DNA of 43,918 nucleotides. It comes from Dehalococcoidia bacterium. GTDB taxonomy: Bacteria > Chloroflexota > Dehalococcoidia > GIF9 > AB-539-J10. How positions within the stretch are numbered: the stretch's first letter is position 1; each line of letters opens with the position of its first letter. The DNA is taken from contig JAUWGZ010000001.1 in NCBI GenBank assembly GCA_030606165.1, positions 1-43,918 of the forward strand, read 5' to 3'. The notes below the pieces were generated by a model. The model made no database searches. It was given only the letters and a program-made list of their open reading frames with translations, and had not been told where the DNA came from. The position numbers and the translations under genes were made by a program. This document shows, piece after piece, positions 1-7,901 of the stretch.

Positions 1-62
1 TCAAAGCGTTTAGAATTTTGATATTTGGATTTGTTGGGAGACTGGATTTTGGGATTTGGAAT

Positions 63-135
63 TTAGCCAATGAGATTGCCACGCCCCGACAAGTCGGGGC
101 TCGCAATGACAGGGTGGGTGTCATTGTGCATTGAA
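63..135. repeat. REP-like palindromic intergenic element downstream of the response-regulator gene
   Basis: Perfect 7-bp GC-rich stem GCCCCGA (83-89) / TCGGGGC (94-100) with loop CAAG. The core CGACAAG..TCGGGGC recurs at 18452-18470. The two ORFs called across it (63..260, 70..303) look like artefacts of the repeat. It may double as the terminator of the minus-strand operon. Confidence 0.45.
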
Positions 136-189
136 GCCTTCATATCCCCGCGGATGACCATCAGGCACACCGCTTTGAGGGCTTCGAGC

Positions 190-1236
190 CTATTTTGTCG
201 CTGTTTTGGCTGTTTTAAGGAATGCGGTGACGACATCTGGGTCGAACTGAGTGCCAGCACAGCGCTTGATCTCTTTTATGGCTTCCGTGATGGACATTGC
301 TGACCGATACGGTCGGTCGGATGTCATGGCATCAAAGGCATCGGCTACAGCCACGATTCTGGCCCCCAGCGGTATGTCATTGCCCGCTATAACCTGATGA
401 AGCCCACTGCCATCATAATGGTCATGGTGGTGCTCAATCGTCTCGATTATTTTTCCATCAACTATCGGCTGCACAATGTCGGCGCCGATATGAGTGTGAG
501 TCATAATGTGCTCGTACTCTTCACGTGTCAGCTTGCCGGGCTTATTCTGGACAAGCTGGTCAACTGCAATCTTCCCGACATCGTGGAGTAAACTTCCCCA
601 GCGCAAGTCTTCCATATCCTCTGCCGACAGACCAAGTTCATTGCCCAAGGCTAATGCTACCTCGGTCACCCGACGGGAATGTCCACCAGTGTACTTGTCC
701 TTAGCTTCGAGGGCAGATACCAGTGCCTCAATGGCGCCGAGGGAAAGTTTTCTAATCTCTTTTGTCTGCTCCTCAACCTTGTCCTCCAGGTATTGCTGGT
801 ATTCCTTGATTTTGAGCTGCAGCCGTCTTTTCTCAAGAGCTCTTTGGACGGCCAGGGAAAGTTCCTCCAGGTTGAAAGGCTTGCAGATGTAGTCATCAGC
901 CCCCTGCTTCAGACACTGAATGGCGACATTAACATCAGTAATAGCTGTAGCCATAATAACCGCCGTGTCAGGGTAGCCTGACTTTATTTCCGGGAGGAGT
1001 TCGATTCCTGATTTACCGGGCATCTTTATATCCAGAATAACCAGAGCAATCGGACTGGTTGCCAGCATATTCAAGGCTTGCTCAGCAGTATTCGCTTCCT
1101 CGCACTGGTAGCCTTCTCTTGATAATTTCTGGCAAAGGAGCTTCCTGATTGCAGCTTCATCATCGACGATAAGCAATGTTTCCCGCTGGCTGACCATACC
1201 CTCAATGCTTTTCTCGTTGGCGTTAGCCTGTTTCAT
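190..1236 (-). CDS. Response regulator, REC domain + HD-GYP-type phosphohydrolase domain
   Basis: N-terminal receiver motifs (LLIVDDE, ILDIKMPGKSG, YICKPF). C-terminal HD domain (GGHSRRV, LLHDVGK, HHHDHYDGSG, DAFDAMTSDRPYR). It lies 18 nt downstream of the kinase gene on the same strand. Confidence 0.9.
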   Translation of the reverse strand: MKQANANEKSIEGMVSQRETLLIVDDEAAIRKLLCQKLSREGYQCEEANTAEQALNMLATSPIALVILDIKMPGKSGIELLPEIKSGYPDTAVIMATAITDVNVAIQCLKQGADDYICKPFNLEELSLAVQRALEKRRLQLKIKEYQQYLEDKVEEQTKEIRKLSLGAIEALVSALEAKDKYTGGHSRRVTEVALALGNELGLSAEDMEDLRWGSLLHDVGKIAVDQLVQNKPGKLTREEYEHIMTHTHIGADIVQPIVDGKIIETIEHHHDHYDGSGLHQVIAGNDIPLGARIVAVADAFDAMTSDRPYRSAMSITEAIKEIKRCAGTQFDPDVVTAFLKTAKTATK

Positions 1237-1254
1237 GGCGTTCCCCTGACATGG

Positions 1255-4200
1255 TCAGTGATTGTTAGTGGGCAGTTCGACAACAATAGTGGCTCCTTTA
1301 CCTGGCCGGCTCCTGGCATATATCTGCCCGCCGTGCTCGGACACTATCCCGTGGCAGATGCTCAAACCAAGCCCGGTTCCCTTGCCTGCTTCTTTGGTGG
1401 TGAAGAAGGGGTTGAATATCCGGCTCAGAGTTTCCGGTGGGATCCCCGGGCCGTCATCAGCGATTGAAATCCTCACGCTGCCGTTCCGTTTTTTGGTGGT
1501 AACGGTCAGAGTCCCCCTGTTATGCGCTTCAATCATAAAATATTCGGCGTTGATAATGATGTTGAGGAAAACCTGCTGCATTTGGGAATAGTCAACCTTG
1601 ATTTCGGGAAGGTCAGGAGCAAGCTGCCTCTGGACTTCGATACCATTTACTTTGTGCTCATAGGCACGTAATTTCAGCACGTCCTCAATAATGTTATTTA
1701 TCTGGTTAAGCTGCTTCGCGGGTGCTTGCTTTCGGGCAAATGTAAGGAGATTCTTCGTTACACTAGCGGCGCGCTGAGCTTCGTTGTGGATAAGCTTCAG
1801 GTCCTCACGGATGTCGTCAGGGATATCCTTTTCCATGACCAACTGGGAGAAACCGAGGACGCTCGTGAGCGGGTTGTTAAGTTCGTGGGCGGTGCCGGCT
1901 GCCAGTTCGCCAATGGAGGCCAGCCGGTCAGCCATCATAAGCCGCTCATTTTGTTGCTTTTGCTCAGTAATGTCTCTGGTAATATGTATAGTGCCGACGA
2001 CCTCACCTTTCTCATCGAAAATCGGTGATGTCGATTCACGGAGGTATTTTCCCAGGTTGGATTCGTAGAACTCTGCCGCCGCAGGTTTCCCAGTAGCCAG
2101 CGTCTGCTTGTGAGGACAGCCTGATATGGGTTTTTCCCCACTGTGTAGCTCATAGCAGTACCTGCCGATGATTTGCCTGGGCTTCATGTGAAAAATGTCA
2201 GCAAATGCCTTGTTTGCCCGCAGAATCTTGTATTCCCTGTCATGAATAGAGATAGCGTCGCTGATGGAATCGAAGGTGTCTCTCCATTCCTCGGCTGCGT
2301 GCTTTATCGCCTCCTCTGCCTGCTTGCGCTCGGTGATGTCGCTATATACGCCGTATGTGCCGACCAATTTGTCATTAAAACGAATGGGATAGGCGAGTAC
2401 AGAAACATCTACCAGGCTGCCATCTTTGCGTCTTCTCACCGATTCTTTCCGAACGACTTCTCCACCTGAAATCCTCTGAAGAGAATCGGACGCTTCCTGT
2501 ACATCCACTTCAGGGACGATGAGTTCGATAAGAGACCGAGCCTTGACTTCTTCATTAGAGTAGCCGAAAAGCACCTCAAATCCCCTGTTGGCTTGAATCG
2601 CCCTGTCGTTCGCGTCCATCATAATGATAGCATCGGGAGAGGTGTCAAACAGTTGCTGGAAGTAGGCTCTTTGAAGATTTATTGCTTCTTCCATCTTCTT
2701 GCGCTCGGTGATGTCCCGCTGGATGCAGAAGATCAGCTTCCGCCCCCCATACATGATCCCACTGATACTGATATCAACGTCAATGACCGAACCATCCTTG
2801 CGAGTGTGCTTCGTCTCCAGGTGGCGACCTTTCTCGTCAATCCCCCGCCCCATCTCCAGTATTTGCTCAGGTGGAAAATTTTTATCCCAGTCCCAGGTGT
2901 GCAGCTCACGGACTTCCTCAAGGGTATAGCCCAGCATCTCGGCAAAGCGCTGGTTGGCCTCCACTACCTTAGCGTCGACATCAAGGACGACTATCCCGTC
3001 TAGGGACTGGTCAACGAGGAGACGGCGCCGCGTCAATTCATCAGCCAGTGCCTGCTCCGCCTTCTTGCGCTCGGTAACGTCCCGACAGACGCAGAAGATT
3101 AGCTTCTGCCCCCCGAACATAGAGGCGTTAATACTGATATCAACGTCAATGACGGAGCCATCCTTGCGAGTGTGCGTTGTCTCCAGGAGGAAACCTTTCT
3201 CGTCAGCCTTCCTCCCCAGCTCATGTATTTTCTCGGGGGGAAAATTTTTATCCCAGTCCCAGGTATGCAGCTCATGGACTTCCTCGGGGGTATAGCCAAG
3301 CATCTCGGCAAAGCGCTGGTTGGCCTCATAAACCTTGTCGTTCTCATCGATGACAACTATCCCGTCCAGGGACTGGTCAACGAGGAGACGGCGCCGCGTC
3401 AACTCATCAGCCAGCGCCTGCTCCTGCTTCCTGCGCTCGGTGATATTCCGGCCAATCTCAAGGCAGGCAACAACCTCTCTCTTGGCGTCCCTGATGGGAT
3501 TAGACGTATTCTCCCAGAAAGAGAGCTCCCCCGAGGGCAGTACCCGCTGCCTCTCCGAGGTGTGGGGTTTACCATCCTTAAATGACTTTTCTACCGGGCA
3601 GTCTTCACAGATACTTTCTCTGCCTTCATAGACCCGGTAGCACTTCTCCCCCACGTGGTCACCGCCAGTACTTTTTCTTGAGGGCTCATTCTGAAAAATA
3701 ATGTTATATTCTGTATCCTGTATGCTGATGCCATCCTCCATGGCATCTATTAGTGATTGCAGCTTATTCCTCTCTGTTTGAAGCGCCTCCTCTGCCTGCT
3801 TACGCTCGGTGATGTCACACAGGACATCTATATGTGATGAGATTTTACCCTGCTTATCATACAAGGGAGAAATATGACACTCGCAAAGAAAAGTGCTGCC
3901 GTCCTTTCTCTTTTTTACTAGCGTCCCCACCCAGGTTTTACCGGAGGAAACGGTCTGCTCCACTTCCTGCTTGAAACTCTCTGGTGGGATTTCTACATTA
4001 AAGGCATCCACGTGTTTGCCCAGCATTTCTTGGGCAGGACAACCGAATAGCTCCTCCGCTGCCTTATTAACATAGGTAATATTATGACCAAGATTGGTAA
4101 CAAGTATGGCGTCTGATACCTGCTGGGTGACCGAGCTGAGAAGCCTCAACTCTTCCTCAGCCCGCTTGCGCTCGGTGATATTCCTAGCAATCTCAAGGCA

Positions 4201-7200
4201 GGAAACAATCTCTCCACGGGCATCTCTAATGGGATTAGCCGTATTCTCCCAGAAGACAACCTCCCCAGAGGGCGTTACCGTCCTCCTCTCCGAAGTGTGT
4301 GACTTACCATCCTTAAATGCCTTTTCTACCGGACAACCTTCACAGATACTTTCTCTGCCTTCGTAGACCCGGTAGCACTTCTCCCCCACGTGGTCACCAA
4401 AAATCGTCCTCTGCAGCCTACCCTCATAAATAATGTTATAGTCCCCATCCTGGATGGTGAGACCATCTGCCATGGCGTCTATTATTGATTGCAGCTTATT
4501 TCTCTCGGCTTGAAGCTCCTCCTCCTGCTTTTTCCGTTCGGTGATGTCTCTGGCAATGGAGATGTGACCAACGGGATTGCCCGAAGCATCCTTTAGCACA
4601 TTGGTACTTAACTCACCGGGAAATTCAGTGCCATCAGCCTTAAGCAGGGTGTATTCCACACCTCGGATTGTTCCCTCCTTTATAGCCTTCCGCATGTTGG
4701 CGGCTACTCTCTTGTGGTCACGGGGGGCAAGCAGTTCAAGGGCATCTTTCCCTCGAAGCTCATCCTTGGAGCTGAAGCCATGCATCTCTACCGTTCTTTG
4801 GTTTACCTCGGTGATGATACCTTTCAAATTAATAACTAATATCCCATCGGTGGCCGACTCAAATATTTTCCGTAGCTTTTCTTCCGAATCCCGCAGTGCT
4901 TTCTCCACCCGCTTGCGCTCCTGTTCCTGTTCTATGCTGTGCAGGGCAAAAGCGATATCTCCGGCAATCTCTTCAAACAAGCCGTGTTCTTCTTTTTCCG
5001 CAGCTCTGCCAGGCGGGATAGAAACAGTCATTAGTCCATACACCTTACCGCCGTGTTCCAGCCTGATGCTCATAGCATCTCTGCCAGTATCCTCTTTTGC
5101 TAGAGGACAACCCTCACACTCCGACGACACGTCTTTCATCACCAAAACGCCCGGTTTCTCCAGCACCTTACACCCACAAGGCGTCAACTCTCCACGCTTG
5201 AGCCTCTCCATAACTTGCAAGAAACTCTTGCCCAGGCCAGCTTCAGCAGCGGTTACCAGCTTGCCCGACTCATCCAGAAGGGCAATCCAGGCGCTGTAAT
5301 AACCTCGATTCTTGACAAAGTTATCACAGGCACCTTTGAGCAGGCTGTCGCGGTCGCTACCCCTGGCGATAAGCTTGTTGATGTTGCGTATGGCATGAAG
5401 CACCAGGTTGAAATGCTGCACTTTCTCCTCCGTCAGCTTGCGCTCGGTGATGTCCCTGGCAATAATTTGAAAGCCAACCGGAACCCTCAACCTTCTAAGT
5501 ACTTTGCCCTCTATTGCAACCCAGATCCATCGTCCGTCCTTGCATTTGAACTGAGTTTCCCAATGCTTGCTAGGCCCTCCCCTCAATCTGGCCGCCATCC
5601 GTTGTGTAAGGTACCTTATAGTACCGGCAGGAAGCCAATCCAGTTTTAAGCCGTTCTTGCCGACAATTTCTTCCCGTGAGTAACCTGACTCTGACTCGAA
5701 TCTCTTGTTGGCATAGGTGATTTTGCCCTTGAGGTCCGCACTAATTACGGCGATAGGTGCTTCCTCAAGCAAAGCGCTCTTTTCCTCCTCCGCCTCTCTC
5801 CATGCCTCCTCTGCTTGCTTACGCTCGGTGATGTCCGTAAAGGAAATTAAACCTGCTAATCTGCCCTCATGCATGATCCTTGTACCCACTGCGCTTATCC
5901 ATATTTCTCTGCCATCTTTGGTCATCACTCGAAACTCGTTAGTCTGGCGCAAGTCCTGTTCAAACATATCCTTCATAATAATCTTAAAAACTCTTTCCCT
6001 ATCCTCCGGCTGAAAGAAGTCCAGCGGATTTACTCCAATGCCTTCCTCTACAGAGCTAAACCCAAACGTTTTCGCAGCGGCTCGATTAGTCATCATTACT
6101 TTCATAGTTTCAGCGTCAATAATAAACGTGCCGACGACCGAGCTATCGAACAAAGCTCTATACTTTTCCTCGCTTTGTCGCAGCGCCTCCTCTGCTTGCT
6201 TGCGCTCGGTGATGTCCTGGTTTACCCCGTAAGTTCTGACTGTGCTTCCAGTCTCATCTTTGACGATGAAAAAGCGCACGGAAATATATCCAACCTCACC
6301 ATCTGCGTAAATAATTCGATGGTCGAGCTGCCTGCTGAAACTGGGATCATCGGCTTGAAGGGCTTTGCGGACTTCCACGCCAACAAGAGGTGCATCCTCG
6401 GGATAGACAAAACGCCTTGCGTACTCGGCGGATGACATGGTATATCCGCCAACCTCCTCAGCGGTGGTGTGGAATATCGCATAAAAGGCATCACTGAAAA
6501 TAAACAGGTCGTTTATTGCATCATATTCCCATGGTCCGAGATGCGCCATCTGCACGGCAGTGGATAGCTGGGCCTGGGTCTTACTCAGTTCCTCCTCTGC
6601 CTTCTTGCGCTCGGTGATGTTCTTGGTAAGCTCAAGACAGGAAACAACCCTTCCCTCGGCGTCTCTAATGGGGTTAGCCGTATTCTCCCAGAAAGCAACC
6701 TCCCCCGCGATTGCCGTCCTCCTCTCCGCGGTGTGTGACTTACCATCCTTAAATGCTTTTTCTACTGGGCACCCGTCACAAATCTCTTCTCTACCTTCAT
6801 AGACGCGGTAGCATTTCTCCCCCAGGTGGTCACCACCAGAAGCTATCTTCGACAGCTCATTCTGATAAATAATGTTATATTCCCTATCCTGGATGGTGAG
6901 GGTGTATTCCATGGCATCTATTAATGATTGCAGCTTATTCTTCTCGGCTTGAAGCGCCTCATCTGTTTGCTTGTGCGCGGTGATGTCTATGAAGTTCCCC
7001 AGAGTTGCCGGTCTCCCACGGTACTGGACGGAGGCAACTGACTCCATTACCCACTTAATGCTGCCGTTCTTGTGGGTCACCCTGAATTGGTATGGCAGGG
7101 TGAGTTCTCCCTTCAGCATCTTCATGGCATTTTCTCTGGCTATCACCCTGTCTTCGGGAATGATAAGCTCTAGAGAATCCTTGTCCAGCAATTCATCTTC

Positions 7201-7341
7201 CCTGTAGCCGGTGTTATGCTGGAAGGTGGGGTTGGTATAGCAAAACTTTCCATCCTGTATGATGCAAAGTCCAACTGGCGATTTGTCGGCTAGAGTCTCG
7301 AATAAGTTTTCTGCCTCCGTTTCTTTGACTGCTAATCTCAT
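1255..7341 (-). CDS. Soluble multi-PAS/GAF sensor histidine kinase (2028 aa)
   Basis: About 13 PAS/PAC modules are separated by recurrent D(I/V)TERKxAEEAL linkers, plus one GAF-like module. C-terminal HisKA H-box (AHELNNPL) and HATPase_c (DDGPGI, GTGLGLSICHGIV). No hydrophobic N-terminal segment is visible. Confidence 0.93.
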   Translation of the reverse strand: MRLAVKETEAENLFETLADKSPVGLCIIQDGKFCYTNPTFQHNTGYREDELLDKDSLELIIPEDRVIARENAMKMLKGELTLPYQFRVTHKNGSIKWVMESVASVQYRGRPATLGNFIDITAHKQTDEALQAEKNKLQSLIDAMEYTLTIQDREYNIIYQNELSKIASGGDHLGEKCYRVYEGREEICDGCPVEKAFKDGKSHTAERRTAIAGEVAFWENTANPIRDAEGRVVSCLELTKNITERKKAEEELSKTQAQLSTAVQMAHLGPWEYDAINDLFIFSDAFYAIFHTTAEEVGGYTMSSAEYARRFVYPEDAPLVGVEVRKALQADDPSFSRQLDHRIIYADGEVGYISVRFFIVKDETGSTVRTYGVNQDITERKQAEEALRQSEEKYRALFDSSVVGTFIIDAETMKVMMTNRAAAKTFGFSSVEEGIGVNPLDFFQPEDRERVFKIIMKDMFEQDLRQTNEFRVMTKDGREIWISAVGTRIMHEGRLAGLISFTDITERKQAEEAWREAEEEKSALLEEAPIAVISADLKGKITYANKRFESESGYSREEIVGKNGLKLDWLPAGTIRYLTQRMAARLRGGPSKHWETQFKCKDGRWIWVAIEGKVLRRLRVPVGFQIIARDITERKLTEEKVQHFNLVLHAIRNINKLIARGSDRDSLLKGACDNFVKNRGYYSAWIALLDESGKLVTAAEAGLGKSFLQVMERLKRGELTPCGCKVLEKPGVLVMKDVSSECEGCPLAKEDTGRDAMSIRLEHGGKVYGLMTVSIPPGRAAEKEEHGLFEEIAGDIAFALHSIEQEQERKRVEKALRDSEEKLRKIFESATDGILVINLKGIITEVNQRTVEMHGFSSKDELRGKDALELLAPRDHKRVAANMRKAIKEGTIRGVEYTLLKADGTEFPGELSTNVLKDASGNPVGHISIARDITERKKQEEELQAERNKLQSIIDAMADGLTIQDGDYNIIYEGRLQRTIFGDHVGEKCYRVYEGRESICEGCPVEKAFKDGKSHTSERRTVTPSGEVVFWENTANPIRDARGEIVSCLEIARNITERKRAEEELRLLSSVTQQVSDAILVTNLGHNITYVNKAAEELFGCPAQEMLGKHVDAFNVEIPPESFKQEVEQTVSSGKTWVGTLVKKRKDGSTFLCECHISPLYDKQGKISSHIDVLCDITERKQAEEALQTERNKLQSLIDAMEDGISIQDTEYNIIFQNEPSRKSTGGDHVGEKCYRVYEGRESICEDCPVEKSFKDGKPHTSERQRVLPSGELSFWENTSNPIRDAKREVVACLEIGRNITERRKQEQALADELTRRRLLVDQSLDGIVVIDENDKVYEANQRFAEMLGYTPEEVHELHTWDWDKNFPPEKIHELGRKADEKGFLLETTHTRKDGSVIDVDISINASMFGGQKLIFCVCRDVTERKKAEQALADELTRRRLLVDQSLDGIVVLDVDAKVVEANQRFAEMLGYTLEEVRELHTWDWDKNFPPEQILEMGRGIDEKGRHLETKHTRKDGSVIDVDISISGIMYGGRKLIFCIQRDITERKKMEEAINLQRAYFQQLFDTSPDAIIMMDANDRAIQANRGFEVLFGYSNEEVKARSLIELIVPEVDVQEASDSLQRISGGEVVRKESVRRRKDGSLVDVSVLAYPIRFNDKLVGTYGVYSDITERKQAEEAIKHAAEEWRDTFDSISDAISIHDREYKILRANKAFADIFHMKPRQIIGRYCYELHSGEKPISGCPHKQTLATGKPAAAEFYESNLGKYLRESTSPIFDEKGEVVGTIHITRDITEQKQQNERLMMADRLASIGELAAGTAHELNNPLTSVLGFSQLVMEKDIPDDIREDLKLIHNEAQRAASVTKNLLTFARKQAPAKQLNQINNIIEDVLKLRAYEHKVNGIEVQRQLAPDLPEIKVDYSQMQQVFLNIIINAEYFMIEAHNRGTLTVTTKKRNGSVRISIADDGPGIPPETLSRIFNPFFTTKEAGKGTGLGLSICHGIVSEHGGQIYARSRPGKGATIVVELPTNNH
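2680..3411 (-). repeat. Tandem in-frame duplication of one 122-aa PAS module inside the kinase gene (2 x 366 nt)
   Basis: aa 1311-1432 and 1433-1554 both read ADELTRRRLLVDQSLDGIVV...HTWDWDKNFPPE...TRKDGSVIDVDIS...ERKK. The nucleotide units 2695-3060 and 3061-3426 align without gaps and look roughly four-fifths identical by eye. Confidence 0.85.
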
Positions 7342-7353
7342 GTATCCACCTGC

Positions 7354-7572
7354 TTAGTTTTCTCGACTTATTGCCGTAACATAGCTGGTCTTCGCTCTAA
7401 TGGTATCTAACTGAGCCGGGGTGAATAGTCTCCAGCCCCGCCAGTCCCGGTACTCGACGTCGGAAAATATCCCTTCTTTTAACCACCTGAAGAGGGTATT
7501 TCTACTGATGCCGATCATCCGGCAAACCTCAGCTGTCCTGTAATAGGTCTGGTCATTAATAACAACGGGCAT
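7354..7572 (-). CDS. MerR/excisionase-type helix-turn-helix DNA-binding protein (72 aa)
   Basis: The YRTAEVCRMIGISRNTLFRWLKEG motif is typical of HTH_17/MerR-superfamily small proteins. RBS AGGAGAGG. The gene ends 12 nt before the kinase start, so co-transcription is likely. Confidence 0.7.
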   Translation of the reverse strand: MPVVINDQTYYRTAEVCRMIGISRNTLFRWLKEGIFSDVEYRDWRGWRLFTPAQLDTIRAKTSYVTAISREN

Positions 7573-7617
7573 ATCTTCCTCTCCTGAAACTACTCAGCTA
7601 TGCCATACTATATTATT

Positions 7618-7647
7618 AATATAGACTCGTGTGTTGGAAAGTGTCAA
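7618..7647 (-). promoter_or_regulatory. Putative sigma70-type promoter of the HTH-kinase-regulator operon
   Basis: On the minus strand: TTGACA (complement of 7642-7647), 18-nt spacer, TATATT (complement of 7618-7623). This sits about 45 nt upstream of the ATG at 7572. Confidence 0.45.
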
Positions 7648-7901
7648 TCACCCATTTGTACCTGTTATTCCGTTACTTTAGTCCTGGCTTGTTCAGCGGC
7701 TCCTGTTGGTCGGACACCTGATGCAAAGCACTGGCATTCCGACCGGCCGCCAGCGGAATGGGTTCGCCATATTCTGGGAGAGAGGTGTGAATTAATGGGA
7801 GGTGCTCGCGAAATTGTTGAGTTTCAGCTTCGATTTCCCCGAGCAGAAGGGCAACGGGGTAGCCTCAAGTGGACCCAACTCCTGGTGAACGACTCCCCCG
7901 A

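Noticed and set aside
1-62. Clustered GGATTT(T/G)G repeats (25-33, 42-51, 51-59) at the extreme left edge.
   Set aside because: They are short, degenerate and at the window boundary, so their context cannot be evaluated.
2325-6620. A short motif (CTTGCGCTCGGTGATGT and variants) recurring about every 366-380 nt, superficially like a repeat-spacer array.
   Set aside because: It is the complement of the coding sequence for the D-I-T-E-R-K linker between PAS modules. The 'spacers' are PAS domains, the units are far longer than CRISPR units, and no cas genes are present.
1258-7207. Dozens of plus-strand ORFs of 60-240 aa antisense to the histidine kinase gene.
   Set aside because: They lie entirely within a 2028-aa ORF that has unmistakable PAS/HisKA/HATPase motifs. 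Their Ser/Leu/Arg-rich composition is typical of antisense translation, and none has an RBS.
7354-7572. An excisionase-like HTH gene as a marker of an integrated mobile element.
   Set aside because: No integrase, recombinase, att-like direct repeats or phage genes are nearby. The gene is translationally close-coupled to the kinase operon, so a regulator role is more likely.
7718-7747. GAUGCAAAGCACUGG resembling the ACGCAAAGCC core of a c-di-GMP-I (GEMM) riboswitch, near an HD-GYP operon.
   Set aside because: The match is on the plus strand, with no downstream plus-strand gene. The first GGCAAA-type half of the motif is missing. The promoter for the operon lies downstream of it on the minus strand. 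A cmscan run would settle this.
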